Shown one piece after another: positions 53,063-63,454 of a stretch of 64,000 nucleotides of DNA; position 1 is the stretch's first letter, and each line of letters begins with the position of its first letter. A program made the position numbers and the translations under genes. Location of the stretch: positions 1-64,000 of the forward strand of contig CAVWXH010000007.1 of assembly GCA_963758915.1 (NCBI GenBank), written 5' to 3'. The notes beneath the pieces are model-generated. The model ran no database searches and was not told the DNA's origin. It saw nothing but the letters and a program-made list of their open reading frames with translations. This DNA comes from an uncultured Methanomicrobiales archaeon (lineage in GTDB: Archaea > Halobacteriota > Methanomicrobia > Methanomicrobiales > Methanospirillaceae).

Positions 53063-53755
53063 CTACCCCCTCATATGTGAGCCGTCACAAAATGGTTTAT
53101 TCCCTGAATTCCCACACCTGCACAGGGTAACGCGGTTGCGGATTTCATATACGAACCCATCGGCGGAGATGACGGAAATACCCCCGCGGACCCAGAGCGG
53201 GCCGGAAATACCTTTTATAGGGCCTTCCACAAGCCCGATGGATTTTTCAAACGCGGGCTCAAGCGGCTCCCCTGTCTTTTTATCCCAGATAACAAGTCGA
53301 CCCGAATTGCAGTCAGCTGCCATTTGTATGGCGGTTTTCCCCGCATTGGGATTACCAGACTCTTCGACAAGTGCCCAGATCCCTTTTCCCCGGACACAGA
53401 AATGGGCATGTGAGCAAAAACCCGGTGCATCGCTTAACCTGATACCGGGCCCTTCTGTCCATCCTGCCCGCTTAAGATATGGTACGCGGCTGGCAGTTTC
53501 AGTCCCGTCAAAATGATTGTTCAGGTGGGTACCATCGCAGAAGGGTTTATCGCGGGAGCCTCCGCATCGACACAGGGCACAGGTCTCCTGTACCGGGTAC
53601 CGTTCACCCTCCTTCCATTCGACCGCATCCCCTCTGGAATTGCAGACAAGTGTCAGCCTTACAAGCGGGACGTTTCCTGATACGATACAAGGACCATTTT
53701 TTGTGATCCGGATTTCAGGTTCATCTTTTTTATTGGTACCTGTCAATTTTCTCAC
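53063..53755 (-). CDS. CDGSH iron-sulfur protein (two CDGSH motifs + Fer4_19-like middle)
   Basis: LCRCGGS..KPFCDGTH and LCRCGNS..KPFCDGSH. Confidence 0.92.
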   Translation of the reverse strand: MRKLTGTNKKDEPEIRITKNGPCIVSGNVPLVRLTLVCNSRGDAVEWKEGERYPVQETCALCRCGGSRDKPFCDGTHLNNHFDGTETASRVPYLKRAGWTEGPGIRLSDAPGFCSHAHFCVRGKGIWALVEESGNPNAGKTAIQMAADCNSGRLVIWDKKTGEPLEPAFEKSIGLVEGPIKGISGPLWVRGGISVISADGFVYEIRNRVTLCRCGNSGNKPFCDGSHMRG

Positions 53756-53941
53756 CCCGGAACCAGCTGGCTACCTGGTAGGTACGTATCTTCCTGCATT
53801 AAACCAACCGTTTCTCAACTCCCAAGAGATCTCGCTTCAGGCCCGGTATTTCCCTGCCATACCATACAGTGGCCGTAAAAGCATGTCAGCAGCAGGTATG
53901 AACAGGGGTCCCCTGCCCGTCCCGGCTGAACCGTTTATAAT

Positions 53942-54244
53942 TCATTCGAACTGCTTCACTGCTCCAGGCAGGCAGGTCACAACCCCCCGTATACCCGAAA
54001 CTGCCAGGGTCATCAGGATTGCATCCACAACTTCTTCTTTTGTCGCTCCGGCCTGTTTCGCCATGGGGACATGCGCCCTCACCGCCATCTCATCTCCCAC
54101 CGAGGCCTTCATAGCAATGTAGATGAGTTGTTTTGTCTTCTGGTCAAGTCCCCTGGAAGCGACGAGTGACATGATCAGGCCGTTAAATGCCGTTGCAACT
54201 TCGGGTGCTTCGTTCTGGAAAATTTCCATCGGGTTTTCGCTCAT
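53942..54244 (-). CDS. Carboxymuconolactone decarboxylase family protein
   Basis: LDQKTKQLIYIA, H..MAKQAGATKEEV. Confidence 0.88.
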   Translation of the reverse strand: MSENPMEIFQNEAPEVATAFNGLIMSLVASRGLDQKTKQLIYIAMKASVGDEMAVRAHVPMAKQAGATKEEVVDAILMTLAVSGIRGVVTCLPGAVKQFE

Positions 54245-54561
54245 TTCATCCTCTTACCCGAATATGAGATTTTTTCCGGGAATAAAGTTGTTACATGCCG
54301 CCGGGTGGCCATGGATGAAGTGCTATAAAATGCCGCAAATTGGAATGACCATCAAAAAAATATGAAGGATTTCCCATGAAAATATCAAAACGGACCCCAA
54401 TATATAGAATTTTGAACAAGTTATTTTCATAAACCGGGTGTGAACTTCCCGTTCATGAGTGTTTCAACAAACGCACTATCTGCCCTTGGCACATGGGGGA
54501 GTATGAAAAATACGGGCATTCCGATGGTTGCGAGGAATGTTACATACCAGCCAAAAATCTA

Positions 54562-55689
54562 TTATTTTCCAAACAGCCGTACTACCTCTTTGAGGCATTT
54601 GCGGATAGGGATGTGCTGGGGGCATAAACTTTCGCAGACCCCGCAGTCCTGGCAACAGGACGCGGCACCACCAAATCCGGTAAAGACCTCGTATACCTGT
54701 TTTGCATTACCGGTATCATCATAGATGAACGCATCGTTATACATCGAGAAACAGTCGGGTATCGCGATTCCCCCGGGGCATGGGAGACAATAACCGCATT
54801 TCGTACATGGGATTTTCATTTTTTCACGGTACACGCTTTTTATTTTTTCGTATACCAACAGTTCCTCCCTGGTAAGCGCTGAGGGTGTCCCGTGATTGGC
54901 ATAGCTTGCGTTATCCCTGACCTGGTTGAGTTTGCTCATCCCTGACAGGACAACGGTCACTTCCGGGTGGTCCCATACCCACCGTAACCCCCATTCCGCC
55001 GGTGCCCTTGAGGTCCCGGTTTCAGCCCAGATTTTTTTCAAAACCCCGGACTGGTTTGTCAGCGTCCCGCCACGGAGCGGCTCCATGACCACGATACCAA
55101 GGCCCCGTTCATGTGCGTAGCGGAGCCCTTCTGTCCCGGCCTGGTATTCCTCGTCCATGTAGTTATACTGGACCTGGCAGAATGTCCAGTTGTAGGAATT
55201 AACGATCTCCTTGAAAAGGCAGAGATTGTCGTGAAACGAGAACCCTGCGTACCTTATACGCCCGTCTGCAATTGCCCGGTCAAGGAATCCGGTCACGTCC
55301 AGGTCAACTACCTGGTTCCAGGTCTTTTTCATGAGCCCGTGGAGCAGATAAAAGTCAATGTGGTCGGTCTGAAGCCGCTCCAGCTGCTCATCGAGGAACC
55401 GGTCCATGTCATCAGGTTTCTCCACGGCCCAGACAGGCATTTTCGTCGCGATATTGACCTTTTCCCGGTACCCGCCGGAGAGGGCTCGCCCGAGAAAACC
55501 TTCACTTTCCCCGTTATGGTACACGTACGCGGTATCAAAATAATTAACACCCCGCGATATGGCATAGCGCACCATTTCAGTCGCTTTTTCCTCGTCAATA
55601 TGGCAGTCAGGAGTCTGGGGCAGTCTCATGCACCCAAACCCAAGTATTGAGAGTTTCTCCCCGGCCTTTTTCATTGTCCGATATAACAT
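54562..55689 (-). CDS. Aldo/keto reductase with C-terminal 4Fe-4S domain
   Basis: LGFGCMRLP, YFDTAYVY, MEPLRGG, CTKCGYCLPCP, CGVCESLCPQ. Confidence 0.93.
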   Translation of the reverse strand: MLYRTMKKAGEKLSILGFGCMRLPQTPDCHIDEEKATEMVRYAISRGVNYFDTAYVYHNGESEGFLGRALSGGYREKVNIATKMPVWAVEKPDDMDRFLDEQLERLQTDHIDFYLLHGLMKKTWNQVVDLDVTGFLDRAIADGRIRYAGFSFHDNLCLFKEIVNSYNWTFCQVQYNYMDEEYQAGTEGLRYAHERGLGIVVMEPLRGGTLTNQSGVLKKIWAETGTSRAPAEWGLRWVWDHPEVTVVLSGMSKLNQVRDNASYANHGTPSALTREELLVYEKIKSVYREKMKIPCTKCGYCLPCPGGIAIPDCFSMYNDAFIYDDTGNAKQVYEVFTGFGGAASCCQDCGVCESLCPQHIPIRKCLKEVVRLFGK

Positions 55690-55872
55690 ACGTGTTTCAC
55701 AACTCCTGAAATCCTTAATGATACCTTAACTGGTTGATCCCCCATCTCCTTCCCTGCACCCATTGCCGTTAAGCCCCTGCTCATGACCGGTTTTCCCTTC
55801 GTTCCTGGCTATAATTCCCAGCACGGGAATTCCCCAGTCCTGGTAAAGTACAGCAACGTAGAAGACATGATA

Positions 55873-56440
55873 TCACGTTTTAAGGTTCCTGCCTGCCTTC
55901 CAGGCATCACCCATGTACTCTCCCGATACCCCAGTACCGGTTGTCAGGCATGGTAAGGAGGAGCGGGTTGATCTTTTTAATATCGGGGTGACCGTCAGTC
56001 AGGTATTGTTCTTCAGTATACGATGCAACAATCTCACCTATATAGAAGTTATTTGTCGGGTTATCTACCGTATTGACAAGGCGGCATTCAAGAGAGAGCG
56101 GGCACTCACTGATCATTGGTGCAGATTTCAGGTCCCCGAAGAATATGTCAAACAGGGCTGATTTGTCAGTTGTCTTTCCCGATACCAGTCCACAGTAATC
56201 TGTTTTTTCAATCATTCCAACCGTGGGAAAATTGATGCTGAAGGTCTTGTTTTCCAGAATGCCCCTGTTGGTATGGTGGTGTTTGCCCACACCACACCCG
56301 ATCATCGGGGGGTTTGCATTCACCCTTGATACCCAGCCAAGCGCCATAAAATTCGGGACAGAATTGACATTCACCCCGAGAAGTGTGACGGGCATGGGAT
56401 ACATAAAAACGTTGGCAGAATAGCGTACCTTGTTCACCAT
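55873..56440 (-). CDS. Flavin reductase family protein (flavoredoxin-like) with a +1 frameshift near the 3' end
   Basis: YPMPV, FSINFP, DYCGLVSG, APMISECP; removing one base at 55922-55924 gives ..IGEYMGDAWKAGRNLKT*. Confidence 0.88.
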
Positions 56441-56596
56441 TGAGACTTCACCTGTGTAACAGGTGTTCGTCCCCGGTATATGGTAATGCTATCGCTACTC
56501 AACAAAAATGCCGGATATCAGTCTTCCAATGGGTTATTACCAGGATCCTGTCCCTGCCAGAGGAAAAAAGAAAAATACGGGGTATTCAGGACCTGG

Positions 56597-57295
56597 TCAT
56601 AATTTCTTTCTTGCACAGACAGCAAGTCCCAGGCCTGCAATCATCACGGCCACCGCGACAACCCCGGCGGGTAACGGGGCTTTCGTAGTCGGGAGGGCTG
56701 TGGGCAGGGGATTTAAGGTTGCATAGAGGTTTACTTTCTCACCCTGGCCGGGATATTGCGTGATTGGCGCGTTAAATGTCGTATATCCGGGCATCTGGAC
56801 GCTATAGGTCTTGAATGGAGTCCCTGTTGTGTAGACCTGGACCGTAAAGGTACCTTGTGCGATCTGCCCCTCGTTGGTCGTGTCGAAGAAGACCGTTGCA
56901 CCGTCCACGTTACAGTTCACCACGTACCACCCGATATTCCCTCCGATGGGCTGGGGGGGTGTCGTCGGAGCGATCGGGTTCAGGGTCGCATAGAGGTCAA
57001 CCTGTTCTCCCTTTGCAGGATACTGGGTGACAGGTGCATTGAAAGTTGTATAGCCCGCCATTTGAACTGAGTACGTTTTGTACGGTGTCCCGGTGGAATA
57101 GACCGGTACGGTAAGAGTACCCTGGGCAATCTGTCCTTGTAAAACCCCGTCGAAATAGACACTTGCGCCATTTACATTACAATACACAACATACCACCCC
57201 TGGTCTCCACCGATCGGGGTTGCTGCCGAAACGCCCTGACCTGCTGCCAGCAATGCAAGCAGGACAATTAGTAATGAAATCCATTTTTTATGCAT
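56597..57295 (-). CDS. Surface protein with two PEGA-like repeats and a C-terminal anchor
   Basis: Signal peptide; duplicated IGG..GWYVV.CNV.GA.V.FD...YATLNP; PTTKAP-TM-RKK. Confidence 0.85.
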   Translation of the reverse strand: MHKKWISLLIVLLALLAAGQGVSAATPIGGDQGWYVVYCNVNGASVYFDGVLQGQIAQGTLTVPVYSTGTPYKTYSVQMAGYTTFNAPVTQYPAKGEQVDLYATLNPIAPTTPPQPIGGNIGWYVVNCNVDGATVFFDTTNEGQIAQGTFTVQVYTTGTPFKTYSVQMPGYTTFNAPITQYPGQGEKVNLYATLNPLPTALPTTKAPLPAGVVAVAVMIAGLGLAVCARKKL

Positions 57296-57558
57296 TCAGA
57301 ATCATCTCCTGTAATTCTGATTGAGAGTGGCTAGTATAAAAAACCGTACCGATAAGACGGGTGATTATCAGAAGATATTGATACATAATGGCGGATTGGA
57401 TGCCATCGGCCTTTGAACTGCTGATAGCCTGATTTTAAAGGTGCATTGTAACCGTATCCCGGTTTTACAGAATCGGCACATTTTTCATCTCACCTCAAAA
57501 AGTCTATCTATCCGGAACAGTTTCGTCAGCCCACGCCGGAGCAAGGGAGACCAGACCC

Positions 57559-58743
57559 GTGACTACCATGCATACCAAAGAGAAGACTGCCACCGGACCG
57601 TCAGCTTCGCGTGCTGATGCATTCGGCGAATCCGTTATCAGGGAAATGACCCGCCTTGCCATACAACATAATGCTATCAACCTGGCACAGGGTTTTCCTG
57701 ATTTTTCCTGCCCTGAAGAACTGAAACAGGCGGCCTGCTACGCGGTGAACGCGGATATCAACCAGTATGCCATTACCTGGGGAGCGCAGGATCTCCGGGA
57801 AGCACTTGCTGCGAAAGTGAAACAGTATAATCACATGGAATTTAACCCGGCGACCGAGATCACCGTCACCTGCGGGTCAACCGAGGCGATGATGGCATCG
57901 ATGCTGGCCCTGATCTCCCCGGGAGACGAGGTAATTGTGCCGGAGCCGTTTTACGAGAATTATGGTCCGGACGCTATTATTTCAGGTGCAACCCCGAAAT
58001 TTGTCCCTATTACCGACAATGCCCCGCTGGAGGAGGAAGCCTGGAAAGAGGCTTTTTCCAAGCATAGCCGGGCAATTATTATCAATACCCCGAATAATCC
58101 TACAGGGAAGGTATTTTCTGTTGAAGAACTGCAGTTTATCGCCGATCTTTGTACAGACCATGACGTGATAGCGGTCACTGACGAGATTTATGAGCATATC
58201 CTCTATGACGGGCGGAAACACGTCTCGATAGGGTCGCTTCCCGGTATGGAGGACCGGACAATCACCATCGGCAGTTTTTCGAAGACCTACAGTGTGACCG
58301 GGTGGAGGGTAGGGTATACCCTGGCCAGTGAGGCGTTGTCGGGGAGGATACGCAAGATCCATGATTTTCTTACGGTCGGGGCCCCGGCACCCCTGCAGGC
58401 GGCCTGTACTGCAGCACTCGCCCTGCCTGATTCGTATTACCGTGGTCTTGCAAGGTTATACGAGTCCAAGCGCAGGAAACTATTTAAGGGGCTCTCTGAC
58501 GCCGGTTTTCGGTGCCGTCTCCCGGAGGGGGCCTATTACATCTTCACCGAAATCGGTGACTTCGGAATGAACGATATTGATTTCGCACGGTTCCTTGTAG
58601 AGAAAGGGGGTATCGCGGCAGTCCCGGGGAGCTCATTTTACCGGGACGGCGGCTCGGACAGGCTCCGGTTTACCTTCTCAAAAAAGGATGAGACCCTCGA
58701 TGAAGCGTGTCGAAGGCTTAAAGAACTTGATATTCCTGGTTAA
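57559..58743 (+). CDS. PLP-dependent class I/II aminotransferase (YbdL-like)
   Basis: INLAQGFPDF, NTPNNPTG, DEIYE, SFSKTYSVTGWRVG. Confidence 0.93.
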   Translation: MTTMHTKEKTATGPSASRADAFGESVIREMTRLAIQHNAINLAQGFPDFSCPEELKQAACYAVNADINQYAITWGAQDLREALAAKVKQYNHMEFNPATEITVTCGSTEAMMASMLALISPGDEVIVPEPFYENYGPDAIISGATPKFVPITDNAPLEEEAWKEAFSKHSRAIIINTPNNPTGKVFSVEELQFIADLCTDHDVIAVTDEIYEHILYDGRKHVSIGSLPGMEDRTITIGSFSKTYSVTGWRVGYTLASEALSGRIRKIHDFLTVGAPAPLQAACTAALALPDSYYRGLARLYESKRRKLFKGLSDAGFRCRLPEGAYYIFTEIGDFGMNDIDFARFLVEKGGIAAVPGSSFYRDGGSDRLRFTFSKKDETLDEACRRLKELDIPG

Positions 58744-58900
58744 TCAGTTCACAGATGAACAACCTGAATTTCAATGACTCTGTCTGGTGGAGATCCTGTG
58801 GGACCTGCACATGGCGGACGATTGGTCACCTGGAACGATACAAATAATTAAGTCCCTGTATGTAATAATTCGGAAAGGGATTTCTGGATAACCGAGGGAG

Positions 58901-59110
58901 TTGAAACAATTGGCGATTGATCCGGTTTGCGGGATGAATGTGAATGAAACGCGTGCAGAAAACGAAAGCGTCTACAAAGGGATTAAGTATTATTTTTGTT
59001 CGGCAGTATGCCGCGAGGAGTTTGACCGGGACCCGGACGCCTATATGTATGCAGACCCTGATGAGTCAGATCTCGATTATCGCGACGAATCGTTTGATTC
59101 TGATGATTAA
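58901..59110 (+). CDS. YHS domain protein with acidic tail
   Basis: DPVCGM..YYFCSAVC..F..DP..Y. Confidence 0.88.
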   Translation: MKQLAIDPVCGMNVNETRAENESVYKGIKYYFCSAVCREEFDRDPDAYMYADPDESDLDYRDESFDSDD

Positions 59111-59176
59111 ATAAAAAAAAACGGCTGGTATGAAAAAAGCATGAAATAAATAAGAAAATTGGTTTATACCAACAGT

Positions 59177-59827
59177 TCAGTCTTTTTTACCAATGCAGAG
59201 TGCCAGGGTGCCTGCCAGCAATCCACCAGTGAGAATGATCACACTTAACCCTGAAGATTTGGTCGGTGCCGGTATTGAATCGGAAGCAACAGGGGAGGCA
59301 GGGACCAGGGGGGTGGCCGGCACCGGTGTTCCGGGAACTGCAACAGGTCCTGATATGCTCTGCAACGACCCGGGGACTGCCTGCCCTGCGTTATTCTGCT
59401 GGATTACCTGAAGAAGGAGGACCCCGGACACACCAGCAGGGACACTGCCCGTGACTGATGCAGAGACCGATACATCATTACTGTTCGGGTAGGAGAGCAG
59501 GAAGCCGTTGATAAATGCCGCGTTACCTTTCGCGGGTATCACTGCAGCAGGTATACCGTTTACCATTACCTGCACATCCCACCGGGGATCGGCCAGCCCG
59601 GTAGTAAGTTGCAACTGGTTTCCTTCAATAAAGGTGGTCGCCCCCTGGGGAATAATCGCAATAATTGCAGTAACAGACTGTTGTGCTCCAGGCTGAAGGG
59701 GTGTTGCTGAAGGGTTGAGTTCAGACTGCTGGATCTGGAATGTCGCAGATACCGGCAGGACCAAGGCTAAAATGACCAGTATAACGCCACCACAGAGGAT
59801 AAAGGGATTTTTAAAGATCTGCCGCAT
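59177..59827 (-). CDS. Hypothetical surface protein with C-terminal anchor
   Basis: Signal peptide ending VSA, INGFLLSYP, Pro-rich linker, PTKS-TM-KK. Confidence 0.8.
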   Translation of the reverse strand: MRQIFKNPFILCGGVILVILALVLPVSATFQIQQSELNPSATPLQPGAQQSVTAIIAIIPQGATTFIEGNQLQLTTGLADPRWDVQVMVNGIPAAVIPAKGNAAFINGFLLSYPNSNDVSVSASVTGSVPAGVSGVLLLQVIQQNNAGQAVPGSLQSISGPVAVPGTPVPATPLVPASPVASDSIPAPTKSSGLSVIILTGGLLAGTLALCIGKKD

Positions 59828-59960
59828 GATTACGCAAAGGCGGTCTTTCTCAATGGACTATATACATTCCGGTTCAGGCATGGCATACTGCTGATGCCGG
59901 CGATCCTTCTGTAAAATGAAAGTCGAATGTCTTATATCCATGGCAGAGGACTGACTTTAT

Positions 59961-60311
59961 ATGGGGCATTTTGCCAGGGGGGATGTAATTATCGCACAGG
60001 TCCCGTGTTTTGGGAGAGCCGCCGCAAAACTCCGTCCTGCCGTGGTGATTGGGACTGACGGGAATAATGACCTCCTCGTCGTCCCCGTAAGCAGCCAGCC
60101 TTCAACAGACTCCCCGTCGCTCCCTCTTTCCCTTGATGATTTTTTGGAGGGGGGTCTCGATATGTTCAACGAGAGCTATATCCTTTTTTCCTATGTCAGC
60201 ACCATCCACCCCAGCGATGTGGCAGGAAAACGCGGTCACCTGACCAGCGAATTTACCAGCCAGGTTATTTCACGTATAACGCCGGTCAGCTTTGGTGATA
60301 AACGGCGATAA
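59961..60311 (+). CDS. PemK/MazF-family toxin-like protein (orphan)
   Basis: F.RGDV, KLRPAVVI, VPVSS, DF.EGGL..ESY. Confidence 0.8.
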   Translation: MGHFARGDVIIAQVPCFGRAAAKLRPAVVIGTDGNNDLLVVPVSSQPSTDSPSLPLSLDDFLEGGLDMFNESYILFSYVSTIHPSDVAGKRGHLTSEFTSQVISRITPVSFGDKRR

Positions 60312-60519
60312 AACCCAAATATTCGCCTGATTAACTTGTGGCTGAATAATCAGCGAGGGAATTACGGTTGTTGCAACACCAGTACGACCGGGGTACCAGC
60401 ACCAAAACAGAACCCTTAAAAAGAAACGAAGTTTGGGAATGGGCAATAACCGCTCCTGCCGGTTATATTGTCCAGGTCAGGATCTTTAAAAAAACGGTTT
60501 TTAAAACAGCATCACAGAT

Positions 60520-60708
60520 TTAATACTCCCGGAGCGGGTACCCCGCGGTCCGGGCAAGCCATTTCACACCGTAATACAGGACCGGGGTCAGAATAAGAAT
60601 CGTGACGACATTGGCCAGAACATTATGCGTGACGGAGTAGAGGTAATCACCCACAATGACCGAGATAACAACCGATATCAGCAGTACAATCAGTTCCAGC
60701 CGTTCCAT
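60520..60708 (-). CDS. Small two-TM membrane protein
   Basis: GGAGG RBS, two hydrophobic helices. Confidence 0.65.
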   Translation of the reverse strand: MERLELIVLLISVVISVIVGDYLYSVTHNVLANVVTILILTPVLYYGVKWLARTAGYPLREY

Positions 60709-61386
60709 TCTACCCTCCGGGTATCAGTTTCCATTTTCATTTCATCCATATATTCGCGTATTACACGTAATGATTGCTGGTACGGTCAGGACACCGCACC
60801 TCAAATCACGGGGATAACATTCCACGAGAATGATTACTGATATCGCGTCTCCCTGCTGCCGGTATTGTTGATTCATAACCTACGGGATAGGATCTCAAGA
60901 GCATGGAGGATTGTAGAAAACTAATACTTAAGCGTCCGGAACTCCCGATGTACATGAATGGACAAGGATAGTGACTGGAAACAAAAGACTGGTGACACGC
61001 GGCCTGTCGATGAAACCAACCCGGAGGAAACAGCCGAATCCCACTCAGAACGATACCGGAAACGGGTAGAGGCCATCCGGGACTATTTGTCTGAATGACC
61101 ATTGTGGGCTCACGTCCCATCCGTGATTACCGGTTATAGCAGGGGAGTGCCCGGTTTAAAGAAAACCCATTTTGATCCATACATGAAAATGTCATGGAAG
61201 GAACGTTTGCAGAACATTTCCTGTCTTAAAATTTTTGCTGACTGGCTGGAACGTGGGTCATCAGTGAGAAACACAAGGGGATTGGCAAAAGTTCCGGGGC
61301 CCTGAACAGGAGACCTCCCCGGAAATCTCTGGTCGGGTGGAGGGAGCTGGCAAACCAGTTAACCCGGCAGCACCAATGGATTTGTA

Positions 61387-61914
61387 ATGGATAGTATTAC
61401 CTCTGTTCTCCTAATTATGACCCTGGTCCTTGGGGCCGGTCTCGTCGTCCTCGCCTTTCGGTACGTATCACTTGCAGGAGGGACAGAGACCCGGGCAAGG
61501 CAGATGTTCGAAGAATGGAAGGGCTGTACTCTGGAACATGAGGCCACCAGCCGTGCTGATGTACTTAACCGGGAATGGGTTCTCGACAGGGAGAAGGTAT
61601 CGCGAGCGGAGGCGGTGAAGCAGAGCGGTGCTACCATCCGGGGCAATGTAACACAGCACCTGGCCCCTTATTTCCCTGATTTCCCATGGAACCCGAGAGA
61701 TACACGTTTTATTGGTACCCCGATCGACCTGGTTGTCTTTTCAGGCTTATCGGATGAGAAAGACCTCGGGGATATTATCTTTGTCGAGATAAAGAGCGGG
61801 AAAACTGGTGCCTTGTCAGAGAGCCAGAAAAAAGTAAAGCGCTATCTTGAGAACGGGGGCCGTATCACCTTTTCACAAATCCACACCGGTACCCGGACAG
61901 ATACACCCATTTAA
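61387..61914 (+). CDS. Endonuclease related to archaeal Holliday junction resolvase, N-terminal TM helix
   Basis: APYFPDFPWNPRD.RFIGTPIDLVVF.G, FVEIKSG PD-(D/E)XK motif. Confidence 0.88.
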   Translation: MDSITSVLLIMTLVLGAGLVVLAFRYVSLAGGTETRARQMFEEWKGCTLEHEATSRADVLNREWVLDREKVSRAEAVKQSGATIRGNVTQHLAPYFPDFPWNPRDTRFIGTPIDLVVFSGLSDEKDLGDIIFVEIKSGKTGALSESQKKVKRYLENGGRITFSQIHTGTRTDTPI

Positions 61915-61954
61915 TGAGGCAGGGGGACTATACACCTTTTCAGGAACGATTTCT

Positions 61955-63262
61955 ATGAGTATTGAAATCCGGCTGGCTAACGAGGACGAGGTGCCGATAG
62001 TAACCCTTACAGGAAGACTCGACGGGTTCGGAGCACAGCAACTGGAGACTGGACTGAAGGAAATTGTGAGGGATGACACAAGATCCGTGATCTTCAACCT
62101 TGCAGGGGTGGACTACCTTTCAAGTGCCGGGATCCGCGTCCTCCTCGGGCTGAAGAAGAGGCTGAAGCTGAGAGACGGGACACTCGCCCTTATCAATGTC
62201 CGGGAGTTTCCAAAAAGTGTGCTGGAAATGGCCGGGTTCCTTACAGTACTTGATATCTATCCCACGCTCCAGGAGGCCCAGGTTGCATGCCGGGTGAAAC
62301 CCAGCGAGGAGGGAGTCCTGTTCGGGGTAAGACACCCGTCTTTTATGGTTGACGGGGTCACCTATGCAATCGAACCCGGGTCACCGAAGGAAGCCTCGCT
62401 TATCGTCACCGGGAGCCTTGTAAAGGTCCTGTATTCTGCGATCACCCTGCAGGACATCCGGACACTCGGGTTTAAGGAAGCGGATTATTCGCTCGGCCTC
62501 GGTGCGCTTGGAAAAGATGCAGCCGATGCATTGGCACTGATGGGGGAGATGATCACGCTGCATGGTTCGATGGTCTACGTCCCGACGGATGGCCATTTTA
62601 CCCCGGACTTCTTCACCCCGGTAAAGGAGACAGGGGAGGTAACAATCTTCACCGGGTTCAATGTGCGGCTCTCCGGTCCTTTCCACGAGCTGTTCACCTT
62701 CGAGACCAGCCGGGAAAACGGTGTATCCCTGGCGGAGATCTATTCGGCAATAATTAACCTCGCACGGGCACGAAGGGCTGATTTCCACGGTATCCTGAGC
62801 CTCGTTATCTGGGGAGTTATAGAAGGTGTAATCAGTTCTGAGATCACCCGTTCCCCCCTGCAGGAGCGGGCCCCGGTGAACCATAAATCGATCATGGACC
62901 CGGAAAATTATGACGAATGGAATGACACCAACCGGGAACCCCGGTACCGCGGGGATACCCTCGTGAGTTTCGGGATTGGCATCGACTTGTCCGGGGACCT
63001 CTCAGGATTCTCATCCGAAGACCTCGAAACACTCCATTATGTCCACCCGGGGAATAAGGGAATGGCAACAATGTACCTGCACAACCACGGGGTCATCTTC
63101 CGGAACACACCCTATGACCCGAAATTCGAACTCTCGCGCCAGGTGAAGACTATCGCAGAGAATGGAGAATTCGTGGACATGCGCCACCTGATGGATGAGA
63201 CAAGACTGCGCAAGGCAAAAATCGGTGTCTCCTATATTTCATCAATCAAACGGCAGGAATAA
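61955..63262 (+). CDS. STAS (anti-anti-sigma-like) domain fused to an uncharacterised ~320 aa domain
   Basis: LTGRLD, VDYLSSAGIRVL, VLEMAGF; C-domain with LHNHG. Confidence 0.85.
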   Translation: MSIEIRLANEDEVPIVTLTGRLDGFGAQQLETGLKEIVRDDTRSVIFNLAGVDYLSSAGIRVLLGLKKRLKLRDGTLALINVREFPKSVLEMAGFLTVLDIYPTLQEAQVACRVKPSEEGVLFGVRHPSFMVDGVTYAIEPGSPKEASLIVTGSLVKVLYSAITLQDIRTLGFKEADYSLGLGALGKDAADALALMGEMITLHGSMVYVPTDGHFTPDFFTPVKETGEVTIFTGFNVRLSGPFHELFTFETSRENGVSLAEIYSAIINLARARRADFHGILSLVIWGVIEGVISSEITRSPLQERAPVNHKSIMDPENYDEWNDTNREPRYRGDTLVSFGIGIDLSGDLSGFSSEDLETLHYVHPGNKGMATMYLHNHGVIFRNTPYDPKFELSRQVKTIAENGEFVDMRHLMDETRLRKAKIGVSYISSIKRQE

Positions 63263-63292
63263 AACCAGTAAGCGTTCCGAAAAAAGAAATTA

Positions 63293-63454
63293 TGGCTGAT
63301 ATGAAAAACTCAGGTTAAACAATCCGGAAGCCACCTTTTTTTATGTCTATCTATGAGCCAGGGGCCCATAGCATGCTTTGTTGAAATGCTCTGAAACGAT
63401 CTTACATTTTTTTTGTATTCCGAAATGTACCAACGCTCCCGGGGCTCCGCCCCG
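63293..63454 (+). repeat. Dispersed non-coding repeat, copy B (outer flank + hairpin + inverted inner module end)
   Basis: 63293-63386 aligns with 34940-35034; 63375-63454 aligns with the reverse complement of 35200-35281. Confidence 0.85.

Noticed and set aside
60720-61380. ~660-bp gene-free gap as a possible ncRNA or small-gene locus
   Set aside because: No convincing ORF, repeat or RNA motif recognised; would need an Rfam or RNA-seq check
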